DNA of 63,836 nucleotides, the filler included. It is 11 parts of 11 records of this genome, joined end to end, with 100 filler letters (N's around TTAATTAATTAA, not from the genome) between each part and the next. Parts side by side here need not be neighbours in the genome. Positions count along the whole stretch, not along the records: positions 37,935 to 47,630 come from SRR11831585_307; positions 47,731 to 53,402 come from SRR11831585_315; 9 more parts are not named here. The stretch is one strand, 5' to 3'. The translations under genes and the position numbers were made by a program. The notes beneath the pieces are model-generated. The model was not told where the DNA came from. It searched no databases and worked only from the letters and a program-made list of their open reading frames with translations. Shown here piece after piece: positions 38,256-47,931 of the stretch (its first letter is position 1; each line of letters begins with the position of its first letter).

Positions 38256-39794
38256 TTATTTACGTCGCTGACGCAGACTCATCAACACAGCAGCAAAACC
38301 AAACAATGCCGTCAGCACCCACAGCGGCCAGTTGCCGGTACGTGCGTATGGTGTGAGTCCGGTGGTCGGCGTCACGTTAGTGGTTAACACCTCGCGGGTG
38401 AACTGCGGGATCATCGCCTGAATCTCACCCTGCGGGCCAATCACCGCCGTAATGCCGTTGTTGGTGCTGCGCAACAGTGGGCGCGCCAGCTCCAGCGCAC
38501 GCATTCGCGCCATCTGGAAGTGTTGCCATGGACCAATAGATTTACCAAACCACGCATCGTTGGAGATAGTCAGCAGATAGTCGGTATCCGGGCGGAAGTT
38601 ATCGCGCACTTGCTCGCCGAGAATGATCTCGTAGCAAATAGCCGCAGTAAGCTCAATACCATTTGCCGACAGCGGCGGCTGGATATATGGCCCACGGCTG
38701 AACGACGACATCGGCAGATCAAAGAACGGTGCTAACGGACGCAGAATCGACTCCAGCGGGACAAACTCGCCAAACGGCACCAGATGGTTTTTGTTATAGC
38801 GATCGGCTGATTCGTAGCTGTACGGCGCACCTTTACCCAGCGTGATGATGGTGTTGTAGGTATCGTAGCGGTTCTGCTTATTGAGACGCGCGTCGACAAT
38901 CCCGGTTACCAGCGAGCTACCTTTATCACGCAACTCACCGTCCAGTGCTTTGAGGAACGGTTGCTGATTAATTTCCAGATCGGTTATCGCCGACTCCGGC
39001 CAGATAATCAACGATGATTTGCCCATCAGCGGTGCCGTTGCGTTGTAGTAAATCTTCAGCGTATTAAGAAGCTGGCCTTCGTCCCATTTCAGCGATTGCG
39101 GAATATCGCCCTGAACCATCGAAACCTGAATGGTTTTCTCCGGTTGTGGGGTAAACCACTGGATGTAACGCAGCGGGAAGGGAAGGGCAAACAGCACGAC
39201 GGCCACCACCAGCGGACGCCAGTTGCGTTTGACCAACGCCAGTGCCAGCAGGCCACTAACCATCATCAGCAGGAAGTTAATGGCTTCCACGCCCATTATC
39301 GGTGCCAGCCCTTTTAACGGGCCATCAATCTGGCTATAGCCGAACTGTAACCACGGGAAGCCGGTCAGTACCCAACCGCGCAGAAACTCGGTCACTTGCC
39401 AGAGGGCAGGGGCGGCAATCGCTACGCGCAGCCAGGTGGTTTTCGGCCACAGACGCGACAGCACGCCAGCAAACAGTCCGGTATACAGCGACAAATACGC
39501 CGCCAGCAGCACCACCAGGAAGATGTTAACCGGGCCAGGCATTCCGCCAAAGGTCGCGATGCTGACATAGACCCAGTTAATACCGCTGCCAAAGAGGCCA
39601 AATCCCCAGCAAAAGCCAATAGCGGCAGACTGGAGTGGACGGCGGTTAAAGGTCAACGCCTGAAGCCCCATCAGCGAAATAATCGCCGCAGGCCAGACGT
39701 CGTAAGGAGAGAAGGCCAGCGTTCCGCAGGCACCGAATAATAACGCCAGCAGCAGGCGAATGCGCTGGCGTTCAATTAATGAGGCAAAAGCCAT
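38256..39794 (-). CDS. lnt: apolipoprotein N-acyltransferase
   Basis: 512 aa, nitrilase-fold [13 protein letters not shown] and ICYE motifs. Confidence 0.97.
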   Translation of the reverse strand: MAFASLIERQRIRLLLALLFGACGTLAFSPYDVWPAAIISLMGLQALTFNRRPLQSAAIGFCWGFGLFGSGINWVYVSIATFGGMPGPVNIFLVVLLAAYLSLYTGLFAGVLSRLWPKTTWLRVAIAAPALWQVTEFLRGWVLTGFPWLQFGYSQIDGPLKGLAPIMGVEAINFLLMMVSGLLALALVKRNWRPLVVAVVLFALPFPLRYIQWFTPQPEKTIQVSMVQGDIPQSLKWDEGQLLNTLKIYYNATAPLMGKSSLIIWPESAITDLEINQQPFLKALDGELRDKGSSLVTGIVDARLNKQNRYDTYNTIITLGKGAPYSYESADRYNKNHLVPFGEFVPLESILRPLAPFFDLPMSSFSRGPYIQPPLSANGIELTAAICYEIILGEQVRDNFRPDTDYLLTISNDAWFGKSIGPWQHFQMARMRALELARPLLRSTNNGITAVIGPQGEIQAMIPQFTREVLTTNVTPTTGLTPYARTGNWPLWVLTALFGFAAVLMSLRQRRK

Positions 39795-39818
39795 GTAGTT
39801 ATCTATCCAGTTTCGGTT

Positions 39819-40697
39819 TTATTCATCCAGCTTCGGCTGGGGTGAGTCATCCGGGATTTTGACATGAACCTGAATAATACGCCGACTGTCGGCCATCGCC
39901 ACTTTGAACTGGTAACCGTCGATGTCGATAGTTTCGCCACGCGCCGGAAGATGCCCAAATGCCTGCATCACCAGACCACCGATAGTGTCGACTTCTTCAT
40001 CGCTAAAGTGGGTGCCGAACGCTTCGTTGAAGTCTTCAATGGAAGCCAGTGCGCGTACGGTCCAGGTATGACGACTCAGCTGACGGAAGTCGATATCATC
40101 TTCTTCGTCATACTCGTCTTCAATCTCACCAACAATCAGTTCCAGGATGTCTTCAATGGTCACCAGACCGGAAACCCCACCGAATTCGTCAATAACGATC
40201 GCCATGTGGTAACGCTGAGAGCGAAACTCTTTCAGCATCCGGTCTACGCGCTTACTTTCAGGAACGACAACCGCCTGACGTAACACTTTGTCCATGCTGA
40301 AGGCTTCAGCATCGCTGCGCATAAACGGCAGCAAGTCTTTCGCCATCAGAATCCCTTCAATGTGATCTTTGTCTTCGCTAATCACCGGGAAACGTGAGTG
40401 GGCGGACTCGATGATGACATCAAGACATTCGTCCAGCGTCTGGTTGCGTTTCAGGGTAATCATCTGGGAGCGGGGGATCATGATGTCGCGAACGCGTTGG
40501 TCTGCGATGTCCATCACCCCTTCGAGCATATCGCGCGTATCTTCGTCGATAAGGTCGTTCTGCCCGGAATCACGGATCAGCGCCAGCAGTTCGTCACGGT
40601 TTTTCGGTTCACCGTGGAAAAGTTGGCTGAGTAACAGGGAGAAAAATCCCTTCTTGTTGCTTATCGTGTCACTACTGTGTGAATTGTCGTCGCTCAT
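39819..40697 (-). CDS. ybeX: CBS/CorC-HlyC domain Mg/Co homeostasis protein
   Basis: 292 aa with CBS pair ([14 protein letters not shown]); also called corC. Confidence 0.95.
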   Translation of the reverse strand: MSDDNSHSSDTISNKKGFFSLLLSQLFHGEPKNRDELLALIRDSGQNDLIDEDTRDMLEGVMDIADQRVRDIMIPRSQMITLKRNQTLDECLDVIIESAHSRFPVISEDKDHIEGILMAKDLLPFMRSDAEAFSMDKVLRQAVVVPESKRVDRMLKEFRSQRYHMAIVIDEFGGVSGLVTIEDILELIVGEIEDEYDEEDDIDFRQLSRHTWTVRALASIEDFNEAFGTHFSDEEVDTIGGLVMQAFGHLPARGETIDIDGYQFKVAMADSRRIIQVHVKIPDDSPQPKLDE

Positions 40698-40786
40698 GGC
40701 GTCGTATGGGTTCTCATGTTAGTTAATCAAAACGCCGTCGTTAATCACCAACGGCGGGGACGTCTGCCAGTCAAATGCCTGGCAAA

Positions 40787-41254
40787 TTATTCTTTCTCGG
40801 CAATGTACGGATCCTCATAGCCCAGAGCAAGCATAATCTCTGTTTCGAGGGCTTCCATTTCTTCTGCTTCGTCATCTTCGATGTGATCGTAACCTAACAA
40901 ATGCAGACTGCCGTGCACCACCATATGCGCCCAGTGCGCCTCCAGTGGTTTGCCTTGCTCCTGAGCTTCCTTCTCAACCACCTGACGGCAGATAACCAGA
41001 TCGCCCAGTAGCGACATTTCCATGCCAGGCGGCACTTCAAACGGGAAGGAGAGCACGTTGGTCGGCTTATCCTTACCGCGATAGGTCAGATTCAGACTGT
41101 GGCTTTCGGCGGTATCGACCACGCGAATCGTCACTTCCGATTCTTCCTGAAACTGCGGGATCACCGCATTCAGCCATGTCTGAAACTGGCTCTCTTCCGG
41201 TAACCCGGAATTATCTTCACATGCCAGTTGTAAATCGAGGATCACCTGACTCAT
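40787..41254 (-). CDS. ybeY: rRNA maturation endoribonuclease YbeY
   Basis: [11 protein letters not shown] motif. Confidence 0.97.
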
Positions 41255-42291
41255 TTTTGTTCCTGTTCTTCGCGCTTGCGTTCTGCTGCCAGCGCCGCTT
41301 TTCGTTTTTGTTCGGCTTCTTCCCAGGCTTCATAGGCGTTAACGATACGCGCCACCACAGGGTGACGAACCACGTCTTCGCTGTGGAAGAAGTTAAAGCT
41401 GATCTCTTCGACATCGGCCAGCACTTCGATGGCGTGACGTAAGCCTGATTTAGTATTACGCGGCAGGTCGATCTGTGTGACGTCGCCGGTGATAACCGCT
41501 TTTGAGTTAAAACCGATACGGGTCAGGAACATCTTCATCTGTTCGATGGTGGTGTTCTGGCTCTCATCGAGAATGATAAACGCGTCGTTCAGCGTACGAC
41601 CACGCATATAGGCCAGCGGTGCGACTTCAATAACGTTGCGCTCAATCAGTTTCTCGACTTTCTCAAAGCCCAGCATTTCAAACAGCGCGTCGTACAGCGG
41701 GCGCAGATACGGGTCTACTTTCTGGCTTAAATCGCCAGGCAGGAAGCCCAGTTTCTCACCGGCTTCTACTGCCGGACGAGTCAGCAGAATACGGCGAATT
41801 TCCTGACGCTCCAGGGCATCAACTGCCGCAGCCACTGCCAGGTAGGTTTTACCCGTACCCGCCGGGCCAACGCCGAAGGTAATGTCATGGTCGAGAATAT
41901 TGGCGATGTACTGCGCCTGGTTTGGCGTGCGCGGCTTAATTACGCCGCGTTTGGTTTTGATATTGACCGCTTTGCCGTACTCCGGCACGCTCTCCGCGCT
42001 TTGCTCCAGTACCCGCGCTTCTTTAATCGCAAGGTGGATCTGTTCCGGTTCGATATCCTGAATCTGACCGCGCATCGGGGCAGTATCGACATACAGGCTA
42101 CGCAGAATGTCTGCCGCAGCGGTGACGCAAATCGGACGGCCGGTCAGTTTAAAGTGGTTATCGCGGCGATTGATCTCGATGCCGAGACGGCGTTCGAGCT
42201 GCTTGATGTTGTCATCAAACGGGCCGCACAGGCTCAACAGACGCGCATTGTCTGCTGGCTCCAGGGTGATTTCGCGAGTGTCTATGTTCAA
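41251..42291 (-). CDS. ybeZ: PhoH-like ATPase
   Basis: TTG start [21 protein letters not shown] and DESQN motifs. Confidence 0.94.
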
Positions 42292-42443
42292 ACCGTTCCT
42301 CTTATCTGTATGCCGCCGGAAGCTGAACATTCACCGGCCTATAAGGAAATTATTCACGCCACAGGAAAAAGGCGCAAGCATTGCAATAAAGATGGGGATA
42401 AAGAGAGAAAAAACAAGGCCCACCGGAACGGCAGGCCTGAGAA

Positions 42444-43868
42444 TTACGGCTGATAATAACCCACGCCAAGGTCGTTTTCTTTGCGGGTACGGGCAATCAC
42501 TGATTCCGGTGTTTCTGCCACGCGCAGACCCATTTCATCTTCAGTACGCACCACTTTACCGCGCAGAGAGTTCGGGTAGACGTCGGTAATTTCTACATCG
42601 ACGAATTTACCGATCATATCCGGCGTGCCTTCGAAGTTGACCACGCGGTTATTTTCCGTACGCCCGGAAAGCTCCATGATGCTCTTACGCGATGTACCTT
42701 CTACCAGAATACGCTGGGTGGTGCCGAGCATCCGGCGGCTCCACGCCATCGCTTGCTGATTAATGCGCTCTTGCAGAATATACAGACGCTGCTTCTTCTC
42801 TTCTTCCGGAACATCATCAACCATATCGGCGGCTGGTGTACCCGGACGTGCAGAGAAGATAAAGCTGTAGCTCATGTCGAAATTGACGTCGGCAATCAGC
42901 TTCATCGTTTTCTCGAAGTCTTCGGTGGTTTCGCCAGGGAAGCCAACGATGAAATCAGAACTGATCTGAATATCTGGACGCGCCGCACGCAGTTTACGGA
43001 TGATCGCTTTGTACTCCAGCGCCGTATGGGTACGGCCCATCAGGTTCAGAATGCGATCGGAACCGCTCTGTACCGGCAGATGCAGGAAGCTCACCAGCTC
43101 CGGCGTGTCGCGATACACTTCGATGATATCGTCGGTGAATTCGATCGGATGGCTGGTGGTAAAGCGAATACGATCGATCCCGTCGATCGCAGCAACCAGA
43201 CGCAGCAGATCGGCAAACGATCCGGTGGTGCCGTCGTAGTTTTCACCACGCCAGGCGTTCACGTTCTGACCGAGCAGGTTGACTTCACGCACGCCCTGAG
43301 CCGCAAGCTGGGCAATCTCAAACAGAATATCGTCGGACGGACGGCTTACCTCTTCACCACGGGTGTAAGGCACCACGCAGTAGGTGCAATATTTATTGCA
43401 GCCTTCCATGATGGAGACAAACGCGGTCGGCCCTTCGGCGCGCGGTTCCGGTAGACGGTCAAACTTCTCGATTTCCGGGAAGCTGATATCTACAACCGGG
43501 CTGCGGTCGCCACGCACGGAGTTGATCATCTCCGGCAGACGGTGCAGCGTTTGCGGCCCAAAAATAATATCGACATAGTGGGCGCGCTGGCGAATGTGCT
43601 CGCCTTCTTGCGATGCCACGCAGCCACCGACGCCGATAATCAGGTCTGGATTCTTCTCTTTTAACAGTTTCCAGCGACCCAACTGATGGAAGACTTTTTC
43701 CTGAGCCTTCTCGCGGATTGAGCAGGTGTTCAGCAGCAGCACATCCGCTTCTTCCGCCACGTCGGTCAGTTGATAGCCGTGGGTGGCATCCAGCAGATCG
43801 GCCATCTTCGATGAATCGTACTCGTTCATCTGACAGCCCCAGGTTTTAATATGGAGTTTTTTGGTCAT
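42444..43868 (-). CDS. miaB: tRNA ms2i6A37 methylthiotransferase
   Basis: GCQMNEYDS, radical-[15 protein letters not shown] domain. Confidence 0.97.
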
Positions 43869-44013
43869 CGACTTGCTCTTGCGAAATAGTAGCCAGGAAT
43901 GCAGGGCGCATAGTGTAATGCTTTGCTGCCGTTGTGACCAGTATGAGCGTTATCAGCCCTTAGGGGTAAAAATCCTGTAAACTTAAAGCATATTGCTAAC
44001 AGGATGATTGACC

Positions 44014-45189
44014 ATGACAAATCAACCAACGGAAATTGCCATTGTCGGCGGAGGAATGGTCGGCGGCGCACTGGCGCTGGGGCTGGCACAGCACGGATTT
44101 GCGGTAACGGTGATCGAGCACGCAGAACCAGCGCCGTTTGTCGCTGATAGCCAACCGGACGTGCGGATCTCGGCGATCAGCGCGGCTTCGGTATCATTGC
44201 TTAAAGGGTTAGGGGTCTGGGATGCAGTACAGGCTATGCGTTGCCATCCTTACCGCAGACTGGAAACGTGGGAGTGGGAAACGGCGCATGTGGTGTTTGA
44301 CGCCGCTGAACTTAAGCTACCGCTGCTTGGCTATATGGTGGAAAACACTGTCCTGCAACAGGCGTTGTGGCAGGCGCTGGAAGCGCATCCGAAAGTAACG
44401 TTACGTGTGCCAGGCTCGCTGATTGCGCTGCATCGCCATGATGATCTTCAGGAGCTGGAGCTGAAAGGCGGTGAAGTGATTCGCGCGAAGCTGGTGATTG
44501 GTGCCGACGGCGCAAATTCGCAGGTGCGGCAGATGGCGGGAATTGGCGTTCATGCATGGCAGTATGCGCAGTCGTGCATGTTGATTAGCGTCCAGTGCGA
44601 GAACGATCCCGGCGACAGCACCTGGCAGCAATTTACTCCGGACGGACCGCGTGCGTTTCTGCCGTTGTTTGATAACTGGGCATCGCTGGTGTGGTATGAC
44701 TCTCCGGCGCGTATTCGCCAGTTGCAGAATATGAATATGGCACAGCTCCAGGCGGAAATCGCGAAGCATTTCCCGTCGCGTCTGGGTTACGTTACACCGC
44801 TTGCCGCTGGTGCGTTTCCGCTGACGCGTCGCCATGCGTTGCAGTACGTGCAGCCAGGGCTTGCGCTGGTGGGCGATGCCGCGCATACCATCCATCCGCT
44901 GGCGGGGCAGGGAGTGAATCTTGGTTATCGTGATGTCGATGCCCTGATTGATGTTCTGGTCAACGCCCGCAGCTACGGCGAAGCGTGGGCCAGTTATCCT
45001 GTCCTCAAGCGTTACCAGATGCGGCGCATGGCGGATAACTTCATTATGCAAAGCGGTATGGATCTGTTTTATGCCGGATTCAGCAATAATCTGCCACCAC
45101 TGCGTTTTATGCGTAATCTCGGGTTAATGGCGGCGGAGCGTGCTGGCGTGTTGAAACGTCAGGCGCTGAAATATGCGTTAGGGTTGTAG
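44014..45189 (+). CDS. ubiF: demethoxyubiquinol hydroxylase (FAD monooxygenase)
   Basis: GGGMVG, GADG and GDAAH motifs; synteny. Confidence 0.95.
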   Translation: MTNQPTEIAIVGGGMVGGALALGLAQHGFAVTVIEHAEPAPFVADSQPDVRISAISAASVSLLKGLGVWDAVQAMRCHPYRRLETWEWETAHVVFDAAELKLPLLGYMVENTVLQQALWQALEAHPKVTLRVPGSLIALHRHDDLQELELKGGEVIRAKLVIGADGANSQVRQMAGIGVHAWQYAQSCMLISVQCENDPGDSTWQQFTPDGPRAFLPLFDNWASLVWYDSPARIRQLQNMNMAQLQAEIAKHFPSRLGYVTPLAAGAFPLTRRHALQYVQPGLALVGDAAHTIHPLAGQGVNLGYRDVDALIDVLVNARSYGEAWASYPVLKRYQMRRMADNFIMQSGMDLFYAGFSNNLPPLRFMRNLGLMAAERAGVLKRQALKYALGL

Positions 45190-45202
45190 CCTTACAACAT
45201 TG

Positions 45203-45290
45203 CCGGATGCGTGCCAACCGTAGGTCGGATAAGACGCGGCAGCGTCGCATCCGACATTGAAGGATAAGACGTGTCAACATCGCATTCGAC
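45203..45290. repeat. REP elements downstream of ubiF
   Basis: GCCGGATGCG..GTAGGTCGGATAAGACGCGGCAGCGTCGCATCCGACA plus a degenerate copy. Confidence 0.8.
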
Positions 45291-45311
45291 ATTGAATGAA
45301 CGCAGAAAAGC

Positions 45312-45338
45312 AAAAAGCTCGCCGAAGCGAGCTTTTTT
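45312..45338. terminator. bidirectional terminator of the tRNA operon and ubiF
   Basis: AAAAAGCTCGC-cgaa-GCGAGCTTTTTT. Confidence 0.85.
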
Positions 45339-45342
45339 AATG

Positions 45343-45417
45343 TGGCTGGGGTACGAGGATTCGAACCTCGGAATGCCGGAATTAGAATCCGGTGCCTTAC
45401 CGCTTGGCGATACCCCA
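45343..45417 (-). tRNA. glnX: tRNA-Gln2 body with CUA anticodon (amber suppressor, supE/glnV44-glnX44 type)
   Basis: TGGGGTATCGCCAAGCGGTAAGGCACCGGAtt-CTA-atTCCGGCATTCCGAGGTTCGAATCCTCGTACCCCAGCCA; wild-type anticodon is CTG. Confidence 0.92.
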
Positions 45418-45464
45418 ACAAATTGGTTTTGAATTTGCCGAACATATTCGATACATTCAGAATT

Positions 45465-45541
45465 TGGTGGCTACGACGGGATTCGAACCTGTGACCCCAT
45501 CATTATGAGTGATGTGCTCTAACCAACTGAGCTACGTAGCC
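45465..45541 (-). tRNA. metT: elongator tRNA-Met (CAT)
   Basis: GGCTACGTAGCTCAGTTGGTTAGAGCACATCACT-CAT-AATGATGGGGTCACAGGTTCGAATCCCGTCGTAGCCACCA; metT and metU are indistinguishable. Confidence 0.93.
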
Positions 45542-45571
45542 ATCTTTTTTTTCGCGATACCTTATCGGCGT

Positions 45572-45610
45572 TGCGGGGCGCATTATGCGTATAGAGCCTT
45601 GCAGCGTCAA
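45572..45610 (-). promoter_or_regulatory. stringently controlled sigma70 promoter of the metT tRNA operon
   Basis: TTGACG-17 bp-CATAAT followed by GC-rich discriminator GCGCCCCGC. Confidence 0.8.
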
Positions 45611-45881
45611 CCTCTTTTTCAAGGAAAATTGCTCGAAAGTGACTGTTTGGTTAGGTTGCGAACAGCGTGGCGCTATATTCGTCAATTATTGTTTACTTTG
45701 TGTTTTTTCCCACCCTACAGCCATTCTTTTGTCATACAGGATGAAATTCGGAATTTAACAATAGTGGTGGGAAATTAATCTATGAAATACTGGCCTACAG
45801 TGATGAGTTGTCAAACAGTGATGTGGCAAACCCGGAACATTTCCTTACTGCATATCAGAATCAACAAGCACCTCAATAACT

Positions 45882-45913
45882 GAAACAGCCCCGGATTTCA
45901 CCGGGGCTGTTTC
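45882..45913 (-). terminator. hairpin terminator after asnB
   Basis: GAAACAGCCCCGG-atttca-CCGGGGCTGTTTC. Confidence 0.75.
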
Positions 45914-45920
45914 GCATTTC

Positions 45921-47585
45921 TTACTTATACGCCGACTGGTGAACACCAACCGCGCGACCAGACGGATCGTCCATTTTCTTGAACGCTTCATCCCATTCGA
46001 TCGCTTTAGCGGAAGAACAAGCGACGGAAGGACCGCCCGGCACGCACTCAGCGGCGCTCGGAAGCGGGAATAGTTCTTCAAAGATCTCCCGATACAAGTA
46101 CGCTTCTTTAGAGGTTGGCGTGTTGTACGGGAAGCGGAAGCGGGCAGTTTCCAGTTGCTGATCAGAAACCTGCTGCGCAGCCACTTCTTTCAGGGTGTCG
46201 ATCCAACTGTAACCGACGCCATCGGAGAACTGCTCTTTCTGCCGCCAGGCCACGCTTGCAGGCAGATACGCTTCAAAACATTCACGCAGGATGTGTTTTT
46301 CCATTTTGCCGTTACCGCACATTTTATCCTGTGGGTTAATACGCATCGCCACATCAAGGAATTTTTTGTCGAGGAACGGAACGCGTGCTTCCACGCCCCA
46401 GGCTGACATCGCTTTGTTGGCACGCGCGCAGTCATACATATGCAGGGCCAGCAGTTTACGCACCGTCTCTTCATGCAGTTCTTTGGCATTCGGTGCTTTG
46501 TGGAAGTAAAGATAACCGCCGAACACTTCATCAGAACCTTCACCGGACAGCACCATTTTAATGCCCATCGCCTTGATCTTACGCGACATTAAATACATCG
46601 GTGTTGAAGCGCGAATAGTGGTCACATCATAAGTTTCGATGTGGTAAATCACGTCGCGGATGGCATCCAGACCTTCCTGTACAGTGAAGTGAATTTCGTG
46701 ATGCACCGTGCCCAGATGGTTTGCCACTTCCTGGGCTGCTTTCAGATCCGGTGAACCCGGCAGACCTACAGCAAAGGAGTGTAACTGCGGCCACCAGGCT
46801 TCAGAGCGTTCCTGATCTTCCACGCGACGGGCTGCGTATTTCTTGGTGATAGCGGAAATAATTGAGGAATCCAGACCACCAGAAAGCAGCACACCGTAAG
46901 GCACATCAGACATCAGATGGCTTTTAACTGAATCTTCCAGTGCCTGACGCAGCTCGTTTTTGTCGGTCACGTTATCTTTCACCGCATCGTAGTCGAACCA
47001 GTCGCGATGATAGTAAGAACGGATTTCGCCGTCCTGGCTCCACAAATAGCTCCCCGCCGGGAACTCTTTAATCGTGCGGCAAACTGGCACCAGCGCTTTC
47101 ATTTCTGAGGCCACATACAGCTGACCGTGTTCGTCATACCCCATATACAGTGGGATGATCCCCAGATGGTCGCGACCAATCAGGTAGGCATCTTTTTCGC
47201 TGTCGTACAGTGCAAAGGCAAACATGCCCTGCAAGTCGTCGAGAAATTCCGGCCCTTTTTCCTGATACAGCGCGAGGATCACTTCACAGTCAGACCCGGT
47301 CTGGAACTGGTAACGATCGCCATATTCGGCGCGCAATGCCTGGTGGTTGTAGATTTCACCGTTTACCGCCAGTACGTGGGTTTTTTGTTGGTTGTAGAGA
47401 GGTTGCGCCCCCGCGTTAACGTCAACAATTGACAGACGTTCGTGGGCGAGAATGGCGTTATCGCTGGCATAAATACCGGACCAGTCCGGGCCACGATGAC
47501 GCATCAGGCGTGACAGCTCGAGGGCTTTCTTACGCAGCTCAACTGCGTCTGTTTTGATATCGAATACGCCAAAAATTGAACACAT
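45921..47585 (-). CDS. asnB: glutamine-dependent asparagine synthetase B
   Basis: 554 aa, N-terminal Ntn Cys (MCSIFG), SGGLDSS. Confidence 0.98.
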   Translation of the reverse strand: MCSIFGVFDIKTDAVELRKKALELSRLMRHRGPDWSGIYASDNAILAHERLSIVDVNAGAQPLYNQQKTHVLAVNGEIYNHQALRAEYGDRYQFQTGSDCEVILALYQEKGPEFLDDLQGMFAFALYDSEKDAYLIGRDHLGIIPLYMGYDEHGQLYVASEMKALVPVCRTIKEFPAGSYLWSQDGEIRSYYHRDWFDYDAVKDNVTDKNELRQALEDSVKSHLMSDVPYGVLLSGGLDSSIISAITKKYAARRVEDQERSEAWWPQLHSFAVGLPGSPDLKAAQEVANHLGTVHHEIHFTVQEGLDAIRDVIYHIETYDVTTIRASTPMYLMSRKIKAMGIKMVLSGEGSDEVFGGYLYFHKAPNAKELHEETVRKLLALHMYDCARANKAMSAWGVEARVPFLDKKFLDVAMRINPQDKMCGNGKMEKHILRECFEAYLPASVAWRQKEQFSDGVGYSWIDTLKEVAAQQVSDQQLETARFRFPYNTPTSKEAYLYREIFEELFPLPSAAECVPGGPSVACSSAKAIEWDEAFKKMDDPSGRAVGVHQSAYK

Positions 47586-47730
47586 AACCTTCTCCGTTAA
47601 CCTGGTATTTGTTGCTTGTTGTGTTTGCTTNNNNNNNNNNNNNNNNNNNNNNNNNNNNNNNNNNNNNNNNNNNNTTAATTAATTAANNNNNNNNNNNNNN
47701 NNNNNNNNNNNNNNNNNNNNNNNNNNNNNN

Positions 47731-47756
47731 TCTCTCTCTCTCTCTCTCTCTCTCTC
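47731..47756. repeat. (TC)n microsatellite at eukaryotic contig edge
   Basis: Seen directly; other contig-edge simple repeats at 34477-34512 (CA), 53521-53610 (CA/GA), 55636-55658 (GT) and 61647-61736 (GT). Confidence 0.9.
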
Positions 47757-47931
47757 CTGTCAAGTGTTCTCTGTGCGGCCAGTGTTTGTGTTGCTCTCGC
47801 AATGATGGATTGTGTACCCGTGTGCGTGTGAGCCCACCCCTTGTGTGCAAGCGAATCGAACGTGTATGGGTGGATGGATGTGTGCGTGAATGTGAGCATG
47901 CGTATGTGTATCCCTTAACCCCATGGTACAG

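Noticed and set aside
44881..44910. UbiF 'AHTIHP' as a possible variant of 'AHTINP'
   Set aside because: I cannot verify the reference residue from memory, and both forms occur in this hydroxylase family.
45343..45417. CUA tRNA as evidence of natural UAG-to-Gln recoding or pyrrolysine, possibly serving the eukaryote
   Set aside because: It lies in the E. coli metT operon and matches the laboratory supE allele; the modelled eukaryotic exons contain no in-frame TAG or TAA.
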